From: Sminthopsis crassicaudata
Lineage: Eukaryota
DNA: 64,000 nt
Reading direction: 5' to 3'
Assembly: GCF_048593235.1 (NCBI RefSeq)
Contig: NC_133618.1
Location: forward strand, 178,215,162-178,279,161
The translations under genes were made by a program, and so were the position numbers. The stretch's first letter is position 1; each line of letters begins with the position of its first letter. The notes under the pieces were generated by a model. The model saw only the letters and a program-made list of their open reading frames with translations, had not been told where the DNA came from and did not search any database. Positions 1-12,800 of this stretch are shown here, in pieces.

Positions 1-350
1 GATCTTTGCAATCTAGGACACTGAGTTGAATAATAAGTGATTACAATTTGTTGCAGTAGTAAGATGATATAGATAGATGCCTTAGAAAAAAATCACTTTG
101 GCAGCGGAATAGAGGAAGGATTTGAATGGAGAGAAGCTTAAAGTAGGGAGACCAATTAGATTGTTGCAATAATTCAGGTCAAAGGTGATGAAATTGCTGT
201 AATAATTCAGGTCAAAGGTGATGAGGTCTGAACTGAAGTGACCGATATTTGAATGGAAAGAGTTCTCTTTTGAACATGCTGAATTTGAAATATCTAAAAG
301 ACATCCTGTTCAAATTGTGAAAAAGCCATTGGCAAGGGATTTGAAAGGCA
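1..350 (-). mobile_element. L2 LINE fragment with a local 33-bp tandem duplication (aataattcaggtcaaaggtgatga at 168-191 and 201-224)
   Basis: Typical reverse-strand L2 ORF2 remnant (aaaaatcactttggcagc...gagaccaattag...ttgcaataattcagg...ggtgatgagg). Confidence 0.7.
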
Positions 351-1188
351 TTTTTGAAGAAGCAACTTCTAGTTTTGAATCACATTTCTAAAGTTATTTC
401 TAAAGTATAGCATATTACCTATTTTTCATCTAATTTTAAGATTTTGTGCTTTTTGGAGATTAATTTGTTGATTTTTCTAGTTTTAAAATTATATACCTTA
501 TACGTCAATCTTCTTTTTTTTCCTTTTTTAAATTAACATATAATTTCAGAATTATAATTTTTCTTCTAGGACTGTTTTAGCTACATCCTAGAAATATTGT
601 TTTGCTGTCTCAGCATTATGATTATTTTTCACAACTTTTTTTACTCTTTCACTATTCAGGATGCTATTATCAATTCTCCATTAAGACCTACATCTTTTCT
701 AAGTGTAAGGTCTTTCCTTATGTTAAAGTCTGTTTCTGAAGAGTTTATTATTTCTTCCTTTTTGTATTTATTTATATTTTTTTCTGTGCCATATATACTC
801 TATGTATTAGAACTACCTAATATGGAAGAAAATATATATTCTTCAATATTCCTATTTAAAATACAGAATAAGTCTTCTAGCTCAAAATTCTCAAACAATA
901 TAATACTTTCTGTAGTTTTCTTTAAATTTGCCTTCAATACTATATCATTAGAATATTCCACAAGATTCTTCCCACCTATCTTATTTATCTATTCAATCTC
1001 AAGATTATTTTTTTGCATTTATTTATATGAGAAAAAGCTAATTTCTCCTAAAAGTAGTCCAATTGATATATTAAAAGAAAGTAAGGGAGTTAATAATGGA
1101 GGTAAAGAGGCATTAATATATAAAGTACAAAGATGTGTGCACCATTTCCCTGCCTCTAATACCTTGGGGTCAAAGAATATTCTGTGAT

Positions 1189-1394
1189 TGTACTTCTAAA
1201 ACTATCTTACAAGCTCCCATAATTGCACTAGATCTTAATAGTCAGCTAATAGACAAAATAAACTCAAAGCAAAGACATTTACTAAGATAACATAGTAAAA
1301 ATAGAGCTATGTATAAATCTCCCCTACCCATGATTCATGCTTTTCTATAAATACACAGTGTTAGCTGGAAAAATAGGAATAAACTTATAATACA
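1189..1394 (+). mobile_element. Possible short solo LTR inserted in L1
   Basis: Starts TG, ends CA; TATAAA 1346-1351; AATAAA 1378-1383; flanks gtgat/ttgat (5-bp TSD with one mismatch); L1 sequence resumes on both sides. Confidence 0.45.
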
Positions 1395-1724
1395 TTGATA
1401 GGCACATACATAAGAAATTCACTTGTAGAATCTCTGGTACTACTGTCTTTTTGTGGAGTTTTACTCTTCTTTTCTCCTCCAAATCCTCTTGCAGCAACTC
1501 TGTTGGGTGAGTTGCTCAGAAGACTTCTTGGGTTTCCATCTACTTTACAGATGAATTTTAGACTATCAGAGCTATTTATGATTCTCTGCTTTTAAAGTCC
1601 TACTCTTTATAGCTACTTCTTGCCATCATTTCCTCAGCTTCTGGTGCATTTGGATATCTTCCTGTTCTATGCAGTATTTTCTAACTGGAAACTAGCTCAA
1701 TTTCTAAATGCCATGATCAATGAA

Positions 1725-1950
1725 AGGGGGAAAGAGAGACAGACACAGAGAGACCAACAAACAGAGACAGAGATAGAAACACAGAGAGAGAGACAGGGAC
1801 ACCGAGAGAAAAAGAGAGAGGCAGACAGACAAACACAGGGAGACAGAGACAGAGAGAGAGAAAGAGACAGAAATACAGAGAGAGACAGGGACACACACAG
1901 AGAGAAAGAGACAGACACAGAGAAGGGAAACAGGAAAGGAGGGAGAGAGA
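1725..1950. repeat. (AG)/(ACAG)-rich microsatellite
   Basis: gagagacagacacagagaga... low-complexity tract; source of the spurious ORFs 1620-2189 and 1697-2077. Confidence 0.9.
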
Positions 1951-2229
1951 AATCCTCTCCTCTCCAATTGCTACCCTCTGGAATAAATAGGTCACACTTC
2001 ACAAAGCTGTTCCATAACTCAACTGTTTTCAATGCAGGCTTACTTGTGTTTTTTATTTTTAAAAATTTACCAGTCAATGGCTTCCACTTTCATCAGAGAA
2101 GCTTCATACTTTGTAATTTTGTATTTTATTTATACATAGACATCTTATTATTTGTTTCTTATCTCTTGCTTTATTTAGGATGGGATTAGGATGGAGCGGT
2201 ACCAACTCCTCTCCTCATGTTATATTTAA

Positions 2230-2557
2230 TATGTTAATTTATTTGATGAGCAGGCTGGTTTCAGAAAAGCCTGGAAAGACTTACATGATGAACAAAAGCT
2301 AAGTGAAGTAAACATAACAGAGAGAACATTGTACACAGCAACAAGAAGACTATGTGTTGATCAATTGTAATGTTCTTGGCTGTTTTCAACAATGAGGTGA
2401 TTCAAGGCAATTCCAATAGACTTGTGATGGAAAGATACATCCACATCCAGAGAGTGGTGGACTGTGGAGAATAAATGTGGATCACTGCATAGTATTTTCA
2501 CCTTTGTTGTTGTTTTTTGTTTGCTTTCTTTTTTCTTATTTTTATCTTTTGATCTGA

Positions 2558-2605
<48 letters not shown>

Positions 2606-3300
2606 GCATGATAAATGTGGAAATATGTTTAGAAGAATTGCACATGTTAGAATGTTTGTGTCAGCCCTCTTTGTAGTGGCCAGAAATTGGAAATTGAGTG
2701 GATGCCCATCAATTGGAGAATGGCTGAATAAATTGTGATATATAAATATTATGGAATATTATTGTTCTGTAAGAAATGACCAGCAGGAAGATTTCAGAAA
2801 GGCCTGGAGATTTACATGAACTGATGCTGAGTGAAATGAGCAGAAACAAGAGATCATTATATACATCAACAATACTATATGAAGATCAATTCTGATGGAT
2901 GTGGCCCTCTACAATAATGAGATGAACCAAATCAGTTCCAATAGAGCAGTAATGAATTGACCCAGCTACACCCAGCGAAAGAACTCTGGGAGATGACTAT
3001 GAACCACTACATAGAATTCCCTATCCTTCTATTTTTGTCCATCTGCATTTTGGATTTTCTTCACAGGCTAATTGTACACTATTTCAAAGTCCAATTCTTT
3101 TTGTATAGCAAAATACAATACACATATTGTATTTAACTTATATTTTAACATATTTAACATATATTGGTCAACCTGACATATGGGGGAGGGAAGAGGGGGA
3201 AGGAGAGGAAAAATTGGAAAAAAAGGTTTGGCAATTGCCAATGCTGTAAAATTACCCATGCATATATAAATAAAAAGCTATAATTAAAAAAAGTTACAAC
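2230..3300 (+). mobile_element. Two adjacent L1 3' end fragments (ORF2 tail/3'UTR); (GT)n at ~2560-2603; A-rich tail at ~3270-3310
   Basis: Marsupial L1 3'UTR motifs (ggaaagacttacatgaactgatgct, aatgagatgaaccaaatcagttccaatagagcagtaatgaattga) ending in aaataaaaagctata...aaaa. Confidence 0.85.
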
Positions 3301-4442
3301 AACAACAAAAAGAAATAGCTGTTGTTAAAAGTGGAATAGTGAATCAGTTAGGGAGGAATAGAATGCTTGTCTTGCTACTGTGATAACCCATTTGAGCACA
3401 TATAACACAATTTTTATGGACTCAATCAGCACTGCTTCATCATTTCCAAAGCTCCATTCAGCAACACATGAAGAGAAGTAAAAAGACAACTCACAACAAT
3501 ATGAACCATGTTTCAGAGTGAGCCTGTGTATTAGGATTTTTTTTTTATTCCCCTAAGATGAAATAATTTATTTCATTATTTTTCTTTCTAATAGGTACAT
3601 TTATTTATCTTGTATTTTTAATGTTTGATATTCCTCCCGACTTTGGAAATTTGTTGCTTATCACTGTAATTATTAAATTTGACTATTAAATATCTTGAAA
3701 ACAAAAAGAATTGCACATGTTTAATCTATATTAGATTACCTGCTGTCTAGGAAAGGGAAAAGGTGGAGAGGGAGGGAGAAAAATTTGAAACACAAGATTT
3801 TTCAAAGGTAAATATTGAAATCTAAAATCTATCTTTGCATATATTTAGAAAAATAAAAAAAGCTATTATTATTAAAAGTAGATGTTAATTTTTTTTTAGT
3901 TGACTAATTTCTTCTCATGTTACCCTTTTTTCCCCCACCCAGTTAGGAAAATGGTCAAAAATTTTCTCTTCACTTCTTTAATATACCTTCTAATAAGTTA
4001 ATTGGCATAGTGGAGAGATTGCCAAGCCTGAAATTAGGAAATTCTGCCTGTGAATTCTGCCTGAGACACTAGCGATACATTCCTTGAGTAGGTTGCTTTA
4101 TTTCTCTCAGATTCAGTTTTTTCATCTGTAAAACAAGTATTTATTTTACAAATCCTCTTATAGAACCTGTCTAATGTTTGTTCTTACATAGCTAGTAAGT
4201 ATCTGAAGTTGTATTTCAACTCAAATCTCCTTGACTCCAGGCCATACTCTATCCACTGTGCTACTTAGGATTGAACACTGCTCCTAGAATTAGCTATGTG
4301 AGCTAAGCAATTCGTTTAACTTCTATTTGCCTTAGTTTCTTCATCTGTAAAATGGGAATAGTAATCCTATTTCCCTAGGTTGTTGTGAGGATCAAATGAG
4401 ATAACTGCAAATTATTTGGCAAATAGTAAGTAAGCATGTTAT

Positions 4443-4445
4443 AGT

Positions 4446-4502
<57 letters not shown>

Positions 4503-4513
4503 CAGTAGTAGTA
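4443..4513. repeat. (AGT)n trinucleotide microsatellite
   Basis: About 23 AGT units, directly visible. Confidence 0.95.
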
Positions 4514-4794
4514 ATCATGCTAGTTATTGTAGTAATATTTTCTTGAAAATTGTACCTACTTCTCCTAATGTGTTTCTATTGTTTAGAGTATTTGAAAATG
4601 AAATACTCTTCTAAACTCTGTTTATCAGTTTGCTGTTCTTATTGTTTTTACAATAACATCCAAAATGTCTATCATTTGTAAAATATACATTTTGTTGTTA
4701 TTGTTGATGATGATAGGGTCCAAGCTGGTACCACTGATTTTGGGGAGATGATATTATTGTCTTTTGCAATATATAGTGAATTTGGAATAATCCT

Positions 4795-5045
4795 GGGGAA
4801 GCTAGGCAGCACAGTGGATAGAATACTGGGCTTAGAATCAAGAAAACTCATCTTCATGAGTTTAAATATGATACTTACTAGTTGTGTGATCCTGGTTAAG
4901 TCTACTTAATTCCATATGTTTTAGTTTCTTCACATGTAAAATGATCTTAGAAAAGGAAATGACAAACCACTCTAGTATTTTTGCCAAGAAAATTCCAAAA
5001 TGGAGTCATGAAGGATCAAACATGATTAAAAAATGACTCAACTGG
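4795..5045 (+). mobile_element. MAR1-type CORE SINE (tRNA-derived head, RTE-like tail)
   Basis: ggggaagctaggcagcacagtggataga head; gaaaaggaaatgacaaaccactctagtatttttgccaagaaa tail. Confidence 0.75.
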
Positions 5046-5149
5046 AATAATCCTGCTTTATTCCAATTGCAATTCCTTCTTATTTGAAGATTTAGCTCTT
5101 GGCTCTTTTCAAAATGACTTGTTTATTAGTGGAATTCAACCACTCTATG

Positions 5150-6301
5150 CCTTAGAATTTGAAGCACATAGTTCTTGTTTTTCCAACTTTTCTTAGTATA
5201 TTTTTGTATATGTACTGTCTATAGTTCCAAAAGTCTATTTTCTTTATTAATTTTGTACTGTAAATTTTAGTTTTGTCTGATGGCATGATTAAAATTCTTA
5301 CTTCTTTTGAATCATCTAATAATGAATAGTAAGTTTTATTTTAAACTCTCAATTTCAGTCTTCATGTTTATGTTTTTATATGTAATTTACTATAAATAGA
5401 ATATTATTGGATTGTGTGTTTTTAAGCCACTTTACCTTTCTCTTTTCTTTCAATGAATTATTTAATCTATTCATATTAAAAATTCTCCTCATTAAGTTTG
5501 TATTTTTACTTCCTTTACTTCTGTACTGGTTTTTGTCCCATTTTTTTTTTGAAGTTAGCAATTGTCCCTATGATCAGTTTAAACATATATTATAAATTAT
5601 ATACTTTGCTTTTTATCACTTCTGTTTCTGAGTCTCCCTTTTATATCCTCCAGACAACAATATCTTAGAATAAAAAAAATTTAAAACGGAAGGGGAGGAA
5701 TTCTATAAACAACATATAAAAAAAGCCTGATGTTATCTACACTATTTCACACCCATGGATCCTTCATTATTTAAACTTCTCCAGAGGGGTTCAGGGAGAG
5801 GTTTTTTCCCTTATCTCTTCTTTGAGCCCAAGCATGGTTATCATAATTCTATTTTATTTCATTTTTGTTGTCCTATTATTTAGCTATCTTTTGTATTTTT
5901 TATTGATTTTGTATATTATTTTCTTGCTCTGCTTGCTTTACTTTTTGTTATGTCTTTCTATGTTTCTTTACATTCAAGACATTGATGTTTACAACAGGCC
6001 TTAGTAGGACCTAAATTAAGTAACTACTCTGTTTCCTGATTCTCTTGTTAGTATTTTTTTATTTCTGTGCTGATAATTCTAATTTTTCATCTCAATTTTA
6101 AAAATGTCTTTTTTATTAATTTTGTTTGTCTTTGAAATTAGATTTTCTAGCTAGTTATGACCTTTGAGGAGTCCATAAAATTCTATCTTTCAATGAATAA
6201 TACTAGATTATTTTACTTCATAATATAGCATTTGTTTAAAGCATTTTTGTTTCTTTTTGTAATCTTGCTTATTCTTCATTGTATTTTTAATGTTTTATCT
6301 T

Positions 6302-6358
<57 letters not shown>

Positions 6359-6830
6359 CTGTTTATGTGCTGGACTTGTATTGAGGTTTTTTTTTTCTTT
6401 TTGACATTTTTTACTTTTCAGATTTTTTGTATTTCCCACCAATGCCAGTTTTGGACTTCTCTTCCTCTGTTACACAAATTGTACATCTAGGCTGCAGAAC
6501 TGCCTCAACTCCTACATGTTGGGAGATATGGGAACTAATTAGCTCAGATTCTTTTCCCATAATTATACCTTCAGGGAAAGAGGACAGATGTCATGTGCCT
6601 TTTTTCTGATCTTTTTCTATCAGGTTCACTGCTCTCTTCTCTTTCTCATCCCCACTCCAGTTTATAGGTCTAAGTGAAAACATTACAGGCCAACACATTC
6701 TTACTTTACCCAATTCCAATGCTTCCATATATTCTCCTTTTTTTCCATATAGTTGGGCACAATCATTGCCTCACATTTCTTGTGAAGTGGGATGCAGGAT
6801 CTTTGTAGGTCCTTGCTAATTATAATCTTA
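5150..6830 (-). mobile_element. Highly decayed L1 fragment; poly-T tract at 6303-6356
   Basis: T-rich strand with L1 ORF1/5' region motifs on the reverse complement; uninterrupted ~54-nt T run. Confidence 0.55.
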
Positions 6831-6833
6831 CTC

Positions 6834-7206
6834 TGTAAAGTCCTGTTTTCTCCAGAAACTGCCGATCACTCTCTGGGAGATCTGCTGTCTCAACTCAATC
6901 TCTCTGCCAGACTCTTCTTCCTCCAGAGAGCGGCCCCAACTCTGGGCCAGATAAGACTCTCTCCTTGCTCAATGGTGTTGTCTTTTATCCTCCCAGAGAA
7001 TGGTCATGGAATAATTCAGGGGTTTCTGGGAAAAATTACTTCAACCAATGAACTTGCTCCTCCTAAGCATGCAAGCTCCTCCCCAGGAGTTCACAGGAAT
7101 AAAACTCCCCTAAAGGCTGGAACTAGAGAATTGTTAAGTACCGACTTAGCACTTAGTAAGAACCTATCATCTCATTATCTCATTAGCACTTAGTAAGAAC
7201 CTAACA
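6834..7206 (-). mobile_element. ERV solo LTR (373 bp)
   Basis: Minus strand begins TGTTAGGTTCTTACTAAGTGCTAA and ends ...GACTTTACA; 21-bp direct repeat ttagcacttagtaagaaccta at 7146-7166 and 7183-7203; flanks actc/aatc (4-bp TSD, one mismatch); GC-richer than flanks. Confidence 0.85.
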
Positions 7207-7229
7207 AATCTCTCCTCTCTTGTGTGACA

Positions 7230-9000
7230 AAACTTTTTAAGAAGGCCATGTATAATAAGAAGCCTCTGCTTCCTTTCTTTTCATTGTCATCTTAACTCTC
7301 TGAAGCCTGGTTTTTTACCTCATCATTCAACTGAAACTTTTTTTTCCAATGTTACAAAAAATCTTTTAATTGCTAAATATAGTGGAATTTCCCATCCACC
7401 TAGTCTTTAAAATCAACGTTACTGCAGCCTATGATACTATTGATTATTCTCATTTCCTCAATTTTCTAGTGGATGAAGCACTATACTTGAGCTTGTTCCT
7501 CAAACACTTACTAGCTGTAAGATCCTGGGCAAGTCATTGATTGCCATTTGACCTAGAAACCTCATTTGTAAATTATACCATATATAATAATATAATATAT
7601 TATAAATGATATAATTAATTACATGGTTGTCGTGAGCATCAAATTATATAAGGCACAGTACCTACTACACAGTAAACATTATATGTGTTAGTTTTATTAT
7701 TAGCTATGTTATTATAATTCTCTCTTCTCTGTAGTTTTTCATGACTGAAATCTAATCTGGTTTTCCTTCTGCCTATTAGATGTTCCCTTCTCTCTCTTCT
7801 TTGCTGGATTTTAATCAATGTCCTGCACTTTAACCAGAGGTATTCCCTGAGGCTCTGTCCTATGTCTTTTTCTTTTTCTTTTTTTATTCAATTTTACTTG
7901 GTGACATTGACATCTTAAACTCAACATGTAAAAAAATGATTTCATTAGTTTTTCCTCATTTTGTCCAGGGCCATCTCCAGTTGTCTTGATCTATGTCTTA
8001 CCATTGGATCCAGATGGCTCTAGAATGGACAATGAGGTGGGTTACCTTGCTCAGCCCTCCCTCACTTAAATCCAATTCCCTTACATGTAATGGCATCTCC
8101 TCCCTGATGTCATGGTCCCCTTCCAGAAAGAAGGAGAAACAAGAACATAAACAATCTATTGGTGCCAAGAAGAGAAAGATGGACTATTTGAGTGCTGAAA
8201 AGAACCCAAGTTTCATATGATATGTAGCTATCTCATAAATAAAACCCTCATCCCAAATACTAAGAAAAAGTTATGTTATGATCTTATCTCTTTTATAGCT
8301 CATTATTTCCCTATTTAAAAGTTCCAGTATTTAGTATAGTGCCAGGAACATGGCAGATGCTTAAAAATGTTTCATGATGATGATTATAACTACAAACTTT
8401 TCTGTTAGTTCTTCCATAGAACCATTAGTTTTATCAAGGCTGGGGCCCTTTTCCCATTCATCCAGATTCACCACTTAGATGTCAGTCTCTATGGCTCATT
8501 TTCGTTTACTCCCCTTATTCAGTCAATTGTCATGTCTTGTCATTTTGATTTTCCTAAAATCTGCCTTTTCAATAAACTCCATTGGCTTCAATGACCCTGG
8601 CCTTCTTGCTATTCCTTACACTCAACACACCATCTCCTGGTTTCAAGTGTTTTCATTGGCTGTCCTTAATACTTGCAATTCTTTTTCTCTCCTCATGTCT
8701 GTCTCTTATATTCCCTGGATTCTTTCAAGATTCAGGAAAAGTTCTACTCTCTTTTAAAAATCTTTCCCAGTTCTCCTTAATCTTAGTGCTTTTCAGTCTG
8801 AGGCTACTTCTAATTTATCTTGTATATAGTTTATTTGTCCATAGGTGTTTGCATTTTTTCTCTTCTGTTAGACTTTAAGCTTTTTGAGAGAAGAGACTTT
8901 TAAAAAATTTTTGGTCTTTTTTAGTATCCCAACATTTAGCATAGCATCTGTGACATAAAAGGAACTTAATAAATGTTAGATTGACTGATTTCACTTGATT
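7230..9000 (+). mobile_element. L2 fragments interleaved with MIR (7470-7690) and an RTE-related marsupial SINE piece (7975-8150)
   Basis: L2 pyrimidine-rich ORF2 remnants and 3' ends (gcac/atagtag...aataaatgtt...gactga); ggacccagatggctct...cagccctccctcacttaaatccaattc motif. Confidence 0.65.
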
Positions 9001-10679
9001 TAAACTAAAAGTTTAGTTGGGAGAGAGAAATGACTTTTTCTGCCAGTGATATTATCTGATTCATTCCTTTCACAATATCTAGTCTGTGCCAGATACTAGT
9101 AACATGTTATAAGCTCTTGGGATACAAGGACAAAAATGAACTAACTCCTACCTTCAAGAATATTAAATTTTTTTTTTTTGGAAATTTTTGCACTGGGAAA
9201 TGATATTTCAACATGAAGATTGTGCTCATCTCTTTGTAAGATATTAGACACACTATAAGATATATATCACTTAAATTTCAATTTCCAAACCCTAGGTCTG
9301 AAGGCAATTCCCAAATATATGCTAATATGTATTTTAGGGAAAAAGAAGGAGAAAGGCTAAAGACAGTTCATTTAAAATTTTTTATTTGGGTTGCAAAGAA
9401 ATGCTTTAATTTTAATCATTAAAGAAGCTTGGAATCTACTCAGGTATAATGTTGATCCTGACTCTTACTTAAACAAATAACTAGTACTTTAACTATCTTA
9501 GAAGTGAAAGTCTTCTTTCTTTGGGAGAAGATGATAAAAATAATTTGGAAAATATGTGATCCAATTAAGAAAAAAAAGGCCAAAGGCTTATAAACAATTT
9601 TCCATTTCCTTTTTATATATCACAAATATACTCTTCAAGAGGAGAGTCAGAAGGTACTTGATACAGTATATATTTTAAAATATATTCTATTTTAATAGAA
9701 TGGAAGCCAATTAATCAACACAATTGAGTTTTCTGAATAAATTGTTTACATTTAGATCCTTGCTATAACACTGAAAGAAAAGAATAAAACACTAAATTAG
9801 AAGAAAGGATAACAATGAAGGAAGGAGACTGCATGCAATTATAATAGCTCATGTTGACCCAAAGAAGTCACTGATCTTGAAAAAAGGAAAGTAGAAAAAA
9901 CTAAAGCTATTAAGCTTGATCATCTTCATTTCTTGAATTAAGTTGACAAACATTTATTATAAATAAAATTTTGTTAATGTTTTTGTTATATTTATAACAT
10001 CAAAATTTCCCCTACTCTTCATCCTCTTCTCCTTCGAGAGCCATTCTCCATAACAAAATAATATTTTAAGACATAAAGAGAAAAAAGAAAAAAAAATCAG
10101 TAAGCTGATCAATATGTTGCAAAATTCTGAAAATATAGACCTCATACTATTACAAAAGGGTGGGGTGTAATATCTCTTATCCTTTTGAGCCAGGCTCAAA
10201 AAGTGTTCTTTGAGATATATATCTACATGCATGCATATATAGATGCATATATATGTGAATATATGTATATGCCTGTGTATGTATGTATATATGTATACAC
10301 AAATGTCATTGTGCTGAATGCTGAAATATAAAGAAAGAAAAAAAGACAAAGTTCCTTCCCTCAAGGAGCTCACATTTTAATAGGGGAGATAACACACAAA
10401 CAAGTATATGCATAAAGGATTACATACACATGTATACACACATACACACATATCTATGTATAATCTAAATAAGCAGTAATCTCAATAGGAAGAAAATGGC
10501 AGTGAGACAATAGAGGACTAGAAAAGGACTACTTTAGAAGGTATATATAGCTAAATTTTAAAGGAAACCAAAACCTGAACATGAATAGGGAAAGTATTTG
10601 AGTTATGAGCGACAGCTAGTGGAAAGGCACAGTCAGAAGATGAAATACTCATTGGTTGGTTACAAAGGTATTCATTTAT

Positions 10680-12800
10680 TCATTTATTTATTTTGGTTTC
10701 ATTTTTTAAAGCATTATTTATTTACTTAAAACTTAAATACAAAATAGAAAAAAATGCAATGTACACAGCAAAACATGAGAGGATTCAATATATGAAACAA
10801 TAAATTTTCATTTCAAGAAAGCATATATAATAAAAACTACATATTGTATAGAACTTTCCATCTTTTCTTTGCTTCCTTGTAAGTTTTCTTTTTTTTGTTC
10901 TTTTTTTTTTAACTTTTTACTTTATTTTTCTACCTTTTCCTTCCTTTTACCACATCCCCCAGNNNNNNNNNNNNNNNNNNNNNNNNNNNNNNNNNNNNNN
11001 NNNNNNNNNNNNNNNNNNNNNNNNNNNNNNNNNNNNNNNNNNNNNNNNNNNNNNNNNNNNNNNNNNNNNNNNNNNNNNNNNNNNNNNNNNATATATTTAT
11101 AATTATACACATATAAATTGTAGACATCTATGTAAGGCCATATTCATTTATCCTCTGTTTCTCTGACAGCAAATAACATCCTTCTTAAGTCCAAATTTTT
11201 TTTATGTTTTTCTAAATACAGCAACTTATCATTTTCTACACAACAGTAATATTACAACCTTATATTGTCTATTTTAAATAATTTAAAAGAATATTGATTA
11301 ATATGGCTGACACATAGTATAGTTAACCTATTTTTCTTTCTTGATTAAATATATTTTAGCTTTAATTATGTCTAAGATCAATGATTACTATCCCTGTTTT
11401 TCCTAATAAATTCTATTCCTGATCATTATTATTATATTTGTGTGCATCTTTTATTTCCTACCCCTAAGGACTCCTCTGCTTTACTTTTATCTGCTACCTT
11501 GTCTTGCTATTATTTAACCTGCCCTAACTCTAAGGATTCCTCCCATGTTCTCTTCCACCCTTTCACTTCCTCTTTATTTGGTTCCCATTAATCTACACAC
11601 CTTATCTCATTCCTATTATTCTACATACTATTCTATGCCCCCCTTTTTCTTTTATTCCCTCCCTCTCTCTTTTTTTTTAAATATTTTAAAAAGATTTTTA
11701 TACCTTTCTAGATATATATGTATTGCTCACTCTAATCCATTTCTAATGAGAGTAGGGTTCCAGAACTAGCAGTCCTCCCCCTCTACATAATTCCTCTGTG
11801 TCAGTTTTTCCTCTTACATGCCATTCATATAATGTAATTAGTCTTTTTTAACTTTTCCTACATAATTTTGTTCTTTAACATCATACTCAGCTCTACCCTA
11901 ATCTTTCTTTCAAACTACCCAATTATTAATGACCGTCTTAGACAGATGGTTTATGTTTCCGTGTATAAAATATAGACAGTTTGTCTTTACTGAGTTCCCT
12001 TTAATTAGTTTTTGATGTTTACTTTATATTCTCTTGGATCTTATATGTCGAATTTTTTAATAAGTTTGGGTCTTTATGCAACAAAATCCTGAAAGTTTGT
12101 CAATTCATTGAATATCCATTTTTTTCCTCTTCTGGATTATGTTAAACTTTGTTGGGTGTGATATTTTTGGCCACAACCCCAGTTCTTTTGTGCTTTGATA
12201 TATAGTGTTCCAAGACCTGCAACCTTTTAATGTTGCTATTATGAGATTCTAATTATCACTTCACCGTATTCAATTTTTTCCTCTTTTGTTGCTCATAATA
12301 TTTTCTCCTTGGCCTAGGTTTTTCTTGCAGGATATCTTTCAGTTGGTAAAAAAAAAAGTGAATTTTGTTCTATTTCCATGTTCCCATCATAGGTTAACAC
12401 TTTGGGACAATTTTCTTTAATTTCTTTAATTATTTCATGTGTTATTGTATCAAGATATTTTTTTGATTATAGATTTCAGAAAGTCTGATTATTCTTATTT
12501 TTTTCCTTGATCAGTTCTTCAGATCAGTTGCTTTTTTATTAGACGTCTTACTTTTTTCTTCTATTTTTTCATTCTTTATATTTTATTATTTCTTAGTCTC
12601 TTAAAGCTCCACTGACTCTCTAGTTTCCAAGAAATCATTTTCTTCCTTAAAATTCTGGACCTTCTTTTCCATTCAGTGATTTTCTTTTCATAATCTTATT
12701 TTTCTTGTTTAGTTTTTATTTTTTTCCCTCAATCTCTCTCATTTGATTTTTAAAGATTTTTTTTTTTTGCATTCAAATCTCCTCTGATTGTCCCAATTCC
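10680..12800 (-). mobile_element. Old L1 fragment (3' end plus ORF1 region), spanning an assembly gap
   Basis: Reverse complement resembles marsupial L1 ORF1/inter-ORF sequence. Confidence 0.6.
10963..11090. other. Assembly gap (128 N)
   Basis: N run. Confidence 1.

Larger units (their letters stand above)
360..2190 (-). mobile_element. Old marsupial L1 fragment (ORF2 endonuclease region), interrupted by a ~200-bp insert and an AG microsatellite
   Basis: T-rich + strand whose reverse complement reads as decayed L1 ORF2; the + strand ORF 597-1187 is its antisense shadow. Confidence 0.7.

Noticed and set aside
597-1187. 196-aa ORF, the longest in the track
   Set aside because: Antisense shadow of decayed L1 ORF2; its F/I/L/S-rich composition reflects the T-rich strand.
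1620-2189. Cluster of overlapping ORFs with RE/RD or SL/CL repeats (also 33734-34329)
   Set aside because: Translations of AG/CT microsatellites and N gaps.
4550-4730. Cys-rich frame (CFYC...CLSVCCSYC) and signal-like ILLLLLMMIG
   Set aside because: Spacing is not defensin-like, splice signals are weak, and the sequence is low-complexity and T-rich.
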